DNA from: Brevibacillus migulae | Lineage (GTDB): Bacteria > Bacillota > Bacilli > Brevibacillales > Brevibacillaceae | Direction of reading: 5' to 3' | DNA: 24,000 nucleotides | NCBI RefSeq assembly: GCF_004521915.1 | Contig: NZ_SDKD01000010.1 | Location: 44,213 to 68,212, forward strand | Part shown: positions 16,255 through 23,255 of the stretch, piece after piece | Layout: every line of letters starts with the position of its first letter | Numbering within the stretch: position 1 is the first letter of the stretch | Notes under the pieces: generated by a model | The model's input: the letters and a program-made list of their open reading frames with translations, nothing else | Database searches by the model: none | Told to the model about the DNA's origin: nothing | Translations under genes and position numbers: made by a program

Positions 16255-19032
16255 TCAGAAATCCGCATGATAACTGGACGGAGCAACCAGATAATCATAA
16301 ATGTATCCAATTTCAGCTACATTCATTTTGACATTATAAATCTCTTCTATGACACTAAAGGCTTTCCGGATCAAAATAATCATTTCTTTTTGACACTGTG
16401 CAAATTCGTCGAGATTTGGATAATTTTCGATGGGCGCTTGTCTGATGAGCCGCTCGACCATACAGCTGACATGTACATACAAGGCGACCTTTTTATCGTT
16501 GGTCAATCGTTTATTCATGAGCATTTCCAGCTTGGTCAGGCATTCCTCAACGTGACTCAAGATTTTATTCGTATCGAGGATGGTAATCGATTCGATCACA
16601 CGCTCCAAGGAGAAATTGCGCACGAGATTGTTATTGATTTCAGCGATTCTGTCTTCTGTCATCATCTTGCGGAACGCTTTGCGCATTTGCGCCTCGCCTT
16701 GGCCGGAAATGACTCCTTCCAACGATATGTAAGGGATCTGCTCCAGTCCCGGATCTGCAGTGCCAATCACCGCGATCACGTCGTACATGCGGAACACCGC
16801 TTCTTCCGTTCCTTGCCTTTTCAAGCGGTCATAATCATGAGCAATGACTTTCACATGCAAATCCTCTGGGATACTGGATTCGAACAGCCTTTGAATCTGC
16901 TTGGCTGTGCCCATTCCACTCAGACAAGTGGCCAGGATGACGCGTTCCTTTTCTTTTTCCGGATATATGATTTTGTATTCAGTATGATTCGCCTTTTGCA
17001 GCTTTTCTACAATATCTTCCACATACAGATCTTTGCTTAACATGTCGCCGACAAGCAGAGCCATCTGTGTCGATACATTATTGATGATCGCAACCGGCCC
17101 CCGCAAATACTTGTTGATCTGGGAATCGATTTCTTTCAGCGATCCCATATCAACGAGAATCACCAGACCTTTGGAAACGTCATTGTTTTCGATATAGTTC
17201 AATACCCTGGTCACGATTTCATCGATCGAGACATCAAGGGGCATATCGAACGCCTCGAATATATTGCTATTCAGCAAACGATTGGCGACATTGGCAATGC
17301 TGCTGGCGGTCGCATATCCATGCGCGACGATGAGCGCCTTGACTTGCTGATTCGTGCGCTCGATGGCCATGCTGCGCAGGTAGAAGGCCAGAAAGATCTC
17401 ATCCATGGGATACAGCTTGGCATCCAGCTTGCTTTCGATCAAGCGCACAAATTGCTGGACGAGCCTTTGCTCCAATTTGCAGTGCTGCTCAATGTATCCG
17501 GCCAGCTTTTTCATGACGGTTTCCTGTTCCGTGGTCCAGCGAATATCTGATTGTCCTTTGTGGTAAAGGAAATGAGCCATCGCAAAAACGCTGTTTCCGT
17601 TAAACTTGACACTATTCGCGTTTTCAAGGTACCGTATGATTTCTTGCACGCTGACGGTTGTCACTTCCATCATGACCCCTGCGTGTTCGTCCGAGGAATC
17701 AAAAATCAATTTGTCGATTAAGGCGGGTATCTCATTAAAGATGGATTGCTCCAGGGCTGCGCCGTCAAACCGCTTTGCCAGAGCGTTTTGATAGATGCCC
17801 AGGATGTTTTCATAGGCTTTTTTAATCATCGCCAGACGGGACATGCTGGACTCGTACAATACCTCCAGCGTCGTATGCGGGCTGATCAGAATGTCTTCCT
17901 CCTGCCTGAATTTCCCCTCATGCTGGTGCTTCGTTTCCTCCAAGATAACGTCTGGCAAATCATGCAAGGTGACCGTAACTTCCCCGGCCGATTTGTTCTT
18001 GCTATAAGCAGATGCTGCGACGTACTTGATGGTGTTCTTAAGCTCCCCCAAATTGCCGGCATACGAATATCTCGTTAAGGAATCGAGCGCCCGGCTGGTT
18101 ACACGAAGAGGTATGCCAAGCTTTTTCGCTTCATCCATCAAAAATTGATAGATAAACTGCTTCTTCTCTTTTTCTCCGCGTTCATCAAGACCCGGGATCA
18201 TGACCCGGATGGGAATTCTCCGTAAAAACGTTTCCAAAAAGGTTGATTCCAAATCCTCCGTGGTGGCGAAAATAAGCCGTACACTGGCTTTATGCCCGCC
18301 TTCGCTTTCCCCCATCCGCCGAAAGACCCCCTGATCGAGGAAGGTAAATAGCTTCTCTTGTCCCTCTTGGTTCAACCGATGGACTTCATCAAGGAAGAGA
18401 ATGCCCCCGTCTGCTGCCTCCAGCATCCCTTTCTTTGTCGTATCAGCTCCCGTAAAAGCCCCTTTGACATAACCAAATAGATTGCTGGACAAGAGCTCTG
18501 GATTATTGGCGTACTGGGCGCAATTGAAACTGATAAACGGCGCATGCTGCGGGAGGATCCCGACAGCGACGCAATACAGATGAATCAGATAAGCGGTATA
18601 GCTTTTCCCTACCCCCGTAGGGCCATGCAGCATCATCGGTAAGCCGCCATCGGGATAATAGATGGAGGTCTTGATCTGTTCGATGGATTTCCGCAGGCTT
18701 CCGTCTGCTCCGATCAGCTTGGAAAAGAGATCCTCTGGTCCGCTCTTCTGCGGCTCGCTTTCCCGCAGCTGCTGCAGCCCGCTAAATACGGTAGAGGAAA
18801 CGGCAAAGGCGGTCTGTTCGAAGATCCGCCTGCTCAAAAAATAGACTGGCCGCGTATTGATCTTGATGACCTTCCCCTCTTCCACCAACTGGTTCAAATA
18901 ATGGCTTACCGTGTTCCGCTTCACTTGGAAAACTGCGGAAATCTGATATGCTGTGAAATTTTCGGAAGGATGATCCCAGTCAAAATCTTGTGTCTCTCGG
19001 TCCAAATATGCGAGCAGCTCTTCTTTTAACAT
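16255..19032 (-). CDS. LevR-type sigma-54-dependent transcriptional activator (HTH, AAA+, PRD, EIIA-Man-like, EIIB-Gat-like, PRD)
   Basis: 925 aa from the ATG at 19032, with GAGGTGAGGA SD. Walker A is LHGPTGVGKS. The sigma-54 contact loop is GAFTGA (YVKGAFTGAD). Walker B is ILFLDEV. The EIIA-Man-like site is ALIVAHGYATASSIA. The EIIB-Gat-like site is LATCLSGMGTAKQI. PRD regions flank these two sites. Confidence 0.9.
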   Translation of the reverse strand: MLKEELLAYLDRETQDFDWDHPSENFTAYQISAVFQVKRNTVSHYLNQLVEEGKVIKINTRPVYFLSRRIFEQTAFAVSSTVFSGLQQLRESEPQKSGPEDLFSKLIGADGSLRKSIEQIKTSIYYPDGGLPMMLHGPTGVGKSYTAYLIHLYCVAVGILPQHAPFISFNCAQYANNPELLSSNLFGYVKGAFTGADTTKKGMLEAADGGILFLDEVHRLNQEGQEKLFTFLDQGVFRRMGESEGGHKASVRLIFATTEDLESTFLETFLRRIPIRVMIPGLDERGEKEKKQFIYQFLMDEAKKLGIPLRVTSRALDSLTRYSYAGNLGELKNTIKYVAASAYSKNKSAGEVTVTLHDLPDVILEETKHQHEGKFRQEEDILISPHTTLEVLYESSMSRLAMIKKAYENILGIYQNALAKRFDGAALEQSIFNEIPALIDKLIFDSSDEHAGVMMEVTTVSVQEIIRYLENANSVKFNGNSVFAMAHFLYHKGQSDIRWTTEQETVMKKLAGYIEQHCKLEQRLVQQFVRLIESKLDAKLYPMDEIFLAFYLRSMAIERTNQQVKALIVAHGYATASSIANVANRLLNSNIFEAFDMPLDVSIDEIVTRVLNYIENNDVSKGLVILVDMGSLKEIDSQINKYLRGPVAIINNVSTQMALLVGDMLSKDLYVEDIVEKLQKANHTEYKIIYPEKEKERVILATCLSGMGTAKQIQRLFESSIPEDLHVKVIAHDYDRLKRQGTEEAVFRMYDVIAVIGTADPGLEQIPYISLEGVISGQGEAQMRKAFRKMMTEDRIAEINNNLVRNFSLERVIESITILDTNKILSHVEECLTKLEMLMNKRLTNDKKVALYVHVSCMVERLIRQAPIENYPNLDEFAQCQKEMIILIRKAFSVIEEIYNVKMNVAEIGYIYDYLVAPSSYHADF

Positions 19033-19089
19033 GCAGTCCTCACCTCGGTTCATGCTGGATGCAGGCATGGCTTTTATTCGAAATTCAAA

Positions 19090-20091
19090 TTACTCGATCA
19101 CATGGGTCATGAAATACAAATTTCCCGTCTGTGTCCATGCAAAGCGGTGATCCTTTTGAAGAGTAATGGGCGGAAATGTGGTCTTCGCCCCTTCATCGGA
19201 GTGGTAAATAAGCTCTGTACCCGCGTGATAGACAGATCCGTGACGTGCGTCAAAGTCTTTTGCCTTTGCGGAATACGCTCCATGCTGCACATAGTGCAGA
19301 TGATCCGTGCCGCAGATGAACACACCGAAAGAAAACCTGCCCGATTGGATGTATTGCTCTAGGTTGCTGATATCTGCAAAAATCGAATACCGATGATTCG
19401 GCTCTGCGCCATATGCCTTTTGGAAATATTTCAATTCGATGGCGCACGACTCGGTCTCATCCGCGTCGGTAAGCTCCAGCACGATGTCGATTTTCGCTCG
19501 GCGGGAATTGCTCTTTGTCAGGTTGGTATCATGGTCAAAACGGGTTTCCAAGCGAATGGTAAAGGTTTGCTCCGGAGAAAACTGATATAGCTCACCCAGT
19601 GTTCGCATGATATAGCCGATCTGCAGCTGCATCGATGCTTCATTTTCAATTTGTACCCGCCCGTTTGCTACCTGTCCGTAAAAAATATGCATGCTGTTCT
19701 CTACGATCTGTTTTAAAATTTCTTTGGAGCTCAATGTTGCTGTTGGATGTGCCGTCAGTGATTCCACCGTAACAGCTGCTTCTGTTTCTTGTTTGCCAGC
19801 TTCTCCACGCTTTCCCCACTTGGCTTGATTGATCATCGCCATATCGCCGTATTGGATCGCATCACGAAAAGCTAGCAGCAATGGAGTATCTTCCTCCCGA
19901 AAAAACAGGGTTCCTTTGGCGTCTAAAGCTGAAAACGTCTGCGGCAACGCAGGTCGCTCGGCAGCCTTTTCCGGAAACAGATGCGCCCATTGGTACCATG
20001 TCTTGATCACGGATGCCGTGCGTTCGATCCGACGACCTATCTCTCCCACCGTAATATACGTGACACCGTCCACTTCTTTTACGCTTCTCAT
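19090..20091 (-). CDS. Uncharacterised protein: N-terminal MerR-like HTH fused to a C-terminal PD-(D/E)xK nuclease-fold domain
   Basis: 333 aa from the ATG at 20091, with AAGGTGA SD 5 nt upstream (track ORF 19090..20112). The N-terminus YITVGEIGRRIERTASVIKTWYQW...GTLFFREEDTPLLLAFRDAIQYG follows the MerR pattern (Y.IGE.A...G.s..TlRyYe...G.R.Y.e.Dl..L..I). The C-terminus shows alpha-beta-beta-beta-alpha-beta core signatures: ENEASMQLQIGYI, FTIRLE, AKIDIVLE (D209), CAIELKYF (E226-x-K228) and FGVFICGTD. Confidence 0.6.
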   Translation of the reverse strand: MRSVKEVDGVTYITVGEIGRRIERTASVIKTWYQWAHLFPEKAAERPALPQTFSALDAKGTLFFREEDTPLLLAFRDAIQYGDMAMINQAKWGKRGEAGKQETEAAVTVESLTAHPTATLSSKEILKQIVENSMHIFYGQVANGRVQIENEASMQLQIGYIMRTLGELYQFSPEQTFTIRLETRFDHDTNLTKSNSRRAKIDIVLELTDADETESCAIELKYFQKAYGAEPNHRYSIFADISNLEQYIQSGRFSFGVFICGTDHLHYVQHGAYSAKAKDFDARHGSVYHAGTELIYHSDEGAKTTFPPITLQKDHRFAWTQTGNLYFMTHVIE

Positions 20092-20245
20092 GCTGTTCAC
20101 CTTCTGCCGCATTCTTTTCTCATACTTGTCGATTAGGTAACTACTTTTAGTCTAACAAAAAAAGATTCGCTTGTCTGAATCTCCATGATTTTGTAAGACA
20201 TTCACTTTGCAGCAATCATGGAGATAAGGTAAACTGAAGAGTGAA

Positions 20246-22084
20246 ATGTCTTTTCATCTCATCCGCTATCATGAATTCGAAAACTTGACGCAGCGATCTA
20301 TGAATTTTCGGTTTCGCCCTCATAAGAAAGGAATGTTTTTGTTGTCGTTTCGTACCAAAGCCTCTGTCATCACCGTCATCGTTGTTGCATGTGTACTGCT
20401 GTTGAATAACGTGACCTACTACATCTCTACCAAAAATATATTGATTGATAATCTGACCAATCAAACAGAAACGATTGCGAGCCAAATCGAAAGCTACATC
20501 AAGGATTCGCAGCGGAAATCGCAGTATGCCGAACAGCTGTTAGCGAGACAAATGCGGTTGGCAGCAATCGCGACCAAGCTCCAGCTGGATCCGAAACTCG
20601 AAAATGTGACAAATGAACAATTGATGAAAATCAGGGATGAATTAGAAATCTCTCATATTACGTTGTTCAAACGATCCGGTGAGGATCTGCCCAATCGGAA
20701 AGAAGACATCAAAGGCTTGCGCTCAACCAATGAAAAAGAGCGAAACCTGTCTTCCCTGGAGTTCGATTATTGGTACACTGCTTTTGACCAATTGCTGAGG
20801 GACGGAAAAGTCACCATCCCACAGGGGTATAAATTGACACACTTTTGGTCGGGTCCCATGGATGTAACCTCCTCCGATCCTTCCAAATTGAATAAATTCG
20901 GCTATTACCATGACAATACGACCGACTATATCATCAATCCATACGTTCGGGATTATTTTTTAACCGAATTCCAAGCCATCATGGGCCATGACAAGCTCAT
21001 TCAAGAAACGATTGCCAATATCCCGGATGTCTTGGAGATTTCCGGATTTAATCCGAAAACATTCGGCAAAGCACCTGTTGTCATCAAGCAAAATAACAAC
21101 GATGTATCGCCTTTCCCGGACCGCCCGATTTATTTTGGCAGCTACTTTTACAAGGATGGTCAGGACCACGCAAATGTGAGGCGGGCGTTTGAAACGGATA
21201 AAATCGTGACGACGCGGATTCATGTGAACAACAAGGATATTTTAAAAAGCTTTATTCCGGTAAAATCCGAAACCTATCCCTATGTAATCAGCGTTGTCAT
21301 GGACTACGGCGCGATTCAGGAAACACTCGACCAGCAGTTGGTCCGTACGATCATGATCATTTTCGTCGGCACGTTATCCAGCATCATCATCTTGTTCGTG
21401 CTGCAGCGGTGGTTTACCCGATCGAAGGATGCCGCTGTCCAGACGGCGCAAGAAATCTACCTGAATAACTTGGATAATATGTTTACGATGATTCGGGGGC
21501 AGCGCCATGACCTGATCAACCACGTGAATACCATTCATTATTTGGCGACGTACGGCACAAGAGAGGAATTGCTGCAATATACCGAGGACCTGACCGGCCA
21601 TGTCTCGCAAGTGAATGACATCGTACGTATTGGAAACCCGGCCATAGCAGCGATTGTCACGGCAAAAATCGTCGAAGCTTCGCGCAACAAAATCCATTTT
21701 GAACACGAGCTGATTGGTTTTAAAGATGGATCGCTCGGTGTGAAAACATTGGACATCGTCAGGATCATCAGCAATCTGATCGATAATGCATTTCATGAGG
21801 TCATGAAGCTGCCTGAACAGGAACGAAAGGTCGTGCTTAAGGGATATACCAACGAGGATGAAGTGCATATTTCGGTTTCTAACGTATGCGCAAAAGCCAT
21901 TTCCCAAGAAGAAGTACAGCTCTTTTTCCAGTCGGGCTACAGCACGAAACCCAGTGAAGATGGGAAGCACTCCGGTCTTGGTCTGGCCATCATTCAAAGC
22001 TTGGCAGGCATGTATAAAGGAACGGTGGCTTGCGACATCAGCAAAGAACAGCAAATCGAATTTCAAGTGACCATTCCGGTCTAG
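20246..22084 (+). CDS. Membrane sensor histidine kinase with a large extracytoplasmic (dCache/PDC-like) domain and a GHKL ATPase domain
   Basis: 612 aa. TM1 is VITVIVVACVLLLNNV. An extracytoplasmic region of about 300 aa follows. TM2 is IMIIFVGTLSSIIILFVL. The H-box is RGQRHDLINHVNTIHYL (RHDxxNH type). The N-box is IISNLIDNAFHE. The G-box is HSGLGLAI. The start is uncertain: ATG 20246, ATG 20300, ATG 20333 or TTG 20339, none with an ideal SD. Confidence 0.8.
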   Translation: MSFHLIRYHEFENLTQRSMNFRFRPHKKGMFLLSFRTKASVITVIVVACVLLLNNVTYYISTKNILIDNLTNQTETIASQIESYIKDSQRKSQYAEQLLARQMRLAAIATKLQLDPKLENVTNEQLMKIRDELEISHITLFKRSGEDLPNRKEDIKGLRSTNEKERNLSSLEFDYWYTAFDQLLRDGKVTIPQGYKLTHFWSGPMDVTSSDPSKLNKFGYYHDNTTDYIINPYVRDYFLTEFQAIMGHDKLIQETIANIPDVLEISGFNPKTFGKAPVVIKQNNNDVSPFPDRPIYFGSYFYKDGQDHANVRRAFETDKIVTTRIHVNNKDILKSFIPVKSETYPYVISVVMDYGAIQETLDQQLVRTIMIIFVGTLSSIIILFVLQRWFTRSKDAAVQTAQEIYLNNLDNMFTMIRGQRHDLINHVNTIHYLATYGTREELLQYTEDLTGHVSQVNDIVRIGNPAIAAIVTAKIVEASRNKIHFEHELIGFKDGSLGVKTLDIVRIISNLIDNAFHEVMKLPEQERKVVLKGYTNEDEVHISVSNVCAKAISQEEVQLFFQSGYSTKPSEDGKHSGLGLAIIQSLAGMYKGTVACDISKEQQIEFQVTIPV

Positions 22085-22128
22085 TCTCCCCTCATCAGTG
22101 GATGACCATCTAGAAAGCGAGGAAGCTT

Positions 22129-22518
22129 ATGGAGCAGCCATACAAGGTATTAATCGCAGAAGACCATGATATTCAAAGGAGAATGCTCGTCGATTTTTGC
22201 ACCCGAGCCAAATGGTCGGTTGTCTCTGCGGTCTCTTCCGGCCAACAGATGATCTCCGAATATCTCATTCATCGACCTGATTTAATCCTCGTAGATATCC
22301 ACCTGGATAAATCCGACGGCGTCTCCTCCATCCGGTCATTGCAGGAAAAAGGAGATTACCCATTTGTCATATTTGTTACTGGCTCTCTTGATCCCGATCT
22401 TGAGAAGCTATGCAGCGAAATCAAGCTCGTCGATATCATCACGAAGCCGTATGACTTACCCGATATCGAGAAAGCTTTGCACAAAGCAGCTGCTAGAATC
22501 AAAGAAACAAACAAATAA
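22129..22518 (+). CDS. Stand-alone receiver-domain response regulator (CheY-like, no output domain)
   Basis: 129 aa. The acidic pocket is E11/D12, the phospho-acceptor is D56 (LILVDIHL), with T84 (IFVTG) and K106 (ITKPY). The ORF stops right after the receiver fold and is followed by a strong terminator. Confidence 0.85.
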   Translation: MEQPYKVLIAEDHDIQRRMLVDFCTRAKWSVVSAVSSGQQMISEYLIHRPDLILVDIHLDKSDGVSSIRSLQEKGDYPFVIFVTGSLDPDLEKLCSEIKLVDIITKPYDLPDIEKALHKAAARIKETNK

Positions 22519-22531
22519 ATCGTTTGCCAAG

Positions 22532-22568
22532 AAGCAGGAAGCCAGCAGGAAGGCTTCCTGCTTTTTTC
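22532..22568 (+). terminator. Rho-independent terminator after the receiver gene
   Basis: AAGCAGGAAGCC-agcaggaa-GGCTTCCTGCTT followed by TTTTT. It starts 14 nt after the stop. Confidence 0.85.
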
Positions 22569-22770
22569 GGTAAAGGAGGACATGCCACCTTTCATTTTCA
22601 TCATGGCGCTGCTCTCTGCCAAGGGCTTGGCGCATCCTCCTGTCTAACGCCCGCATCATACCGTGTACTTTCTCCATGACATCGTGAATATTGCTCACAG
22701 GTTGGGACATATATTTGTGTTGGAAAGATAACTGTCCTTCCCCTTCAAAAAATAATGGTTGGAGGGAACC

Positions 22771-23217
22771 ATGGGTATTGATGTATGGAAATGGTTTCTG
22801 TCAACATTTGCTTTTTCCCTGCTATGGTTTTTCGGTTTTAAGGTCATGGATCGAGAACGCATCCATGAGATTTTTAATTACGGCCTGCTCTGGGCACTGA
22901 TCCTGATGATTCTGCAATCCTTTGAACAACAGGTCTTGCTGGGAAATCTCAGCAAGCTTTCTTCATTCTTTACGTTCCCCATCCATTTGGGCCTGCTCCC
23001 GGTTATCTTTATGATTCTGTATCAACTGTTTGTTACGCCAACCTTCTTTTATATTGCTGTCATTATTGTGTCGATGATCCTTTCTACTTTTTTAGAGCTC
23101 ATTTTGTTTCTACTGGAACTTTCCCACCATCCTCCGCTCAGTTATTTTCACTCGTTATGCTTGCTTATTCTGCTTGCATCGATCACGCGGATTCTCGCAG
23201 ACAAGCTGAAAACATGA
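22771..23217 (+). CDS. Small polytopic membrane protein, function unknown
   Basis: 148 aa from the ATG at 22771, with GGAGGGA SD (the track ORF starts at a TTG at 22759). There are four to five hydrophobic segments: WFLSTFAFSLLWFFGF, LLWALILMILQSF, LGLLPVIFMILYQLF, FFYIAVIIVSMILSTFLELILFLL and LCLLILLASITRIL. I recognised no catalytic motif. Confidence 0.6.
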   Translation: MGIDVWKWFLSTFAFSLLWFFGFKVMDRERIHEIFNYGLLWALILMILQSFEQQVLLGNLSKLSSFFTFPIHLGLLPVIFMILYQLFVTPTFFYIAVIIVSMILSTFLELILFLLELSHHPPLSYFHSLCLLILLASITRILADKLKT

Positions 23218-23244
23218 AAAACAGCCGGATATTCGTCCGGCTGT
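23216..23244 (-). terminator. Terminator hairpin between convergent genes (T-tract on the minus-strand side)
   Basis: Minus strand: ACAGCCGGA-cgaata-TCCGGCTGT followed by TTTT. It lies 12 nt after the GMC oxidoreductase stop at 23256. On the plus strand the same hairpin follows the membrane-protein stop but lacks a T-run. Confidence 0.7.
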
Positions 23245-23255
23245 CCGTTCCTGAT

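Noticed and set aside
16267-17040. 257-aa plus-strand ORF antisense to the LevR-type activator
   Set aside because: It overlaps a 925-aa gene with unmistakable AAA+/PRD motifs. I recognised no motifs and found no SD. Long antisense frames are expected in AT-rich coding DNA with few stop-forming codons.
20150-20190. AGATTC...GAATCT hairpin followed by a T-run on the minus strand, in the divergent intergenic region
   Set aside because: The stem is only 6 bp and AT-rich. It lies upstream of, not downstream of, the minus-strand gene. There is no transcript for it to terminate, so it is probably fortuitous.
21374-22066. 230-aa minus-strand ORF antisense to the histidine kinase catalytic region
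   Set aside because: It is the mirror frame of the H-box and GHKL-encoding region. It has no SD or promoter and no recognisable domain.
22582-22647. 21-codon hydrophobic mini-ORF (MPPFIFIMALLSAKGLAHPPV) preceded by AAAGGAGGA
   Set aside because: The SD is excellent but ends only 1-2 nt before the ATG, too close for normal initiation in Firmicutes. The ORF also starts immediately after a terminator with no promoter visible. I cannot exclude it as a small membrane peptide. Ribosome profiling would settle it.
22456-22710. 84-aa minus-strand ORF (MSQPVSNIHDVMEKVHG...) between the receiver and membrane-protein genes
   Set aside because: The nearest SD-like sequence is about 24 nt from the ATG. 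The frame also reads straight through the strong 22532-22568 terminator hairpin and into the receiver gene in antisense.
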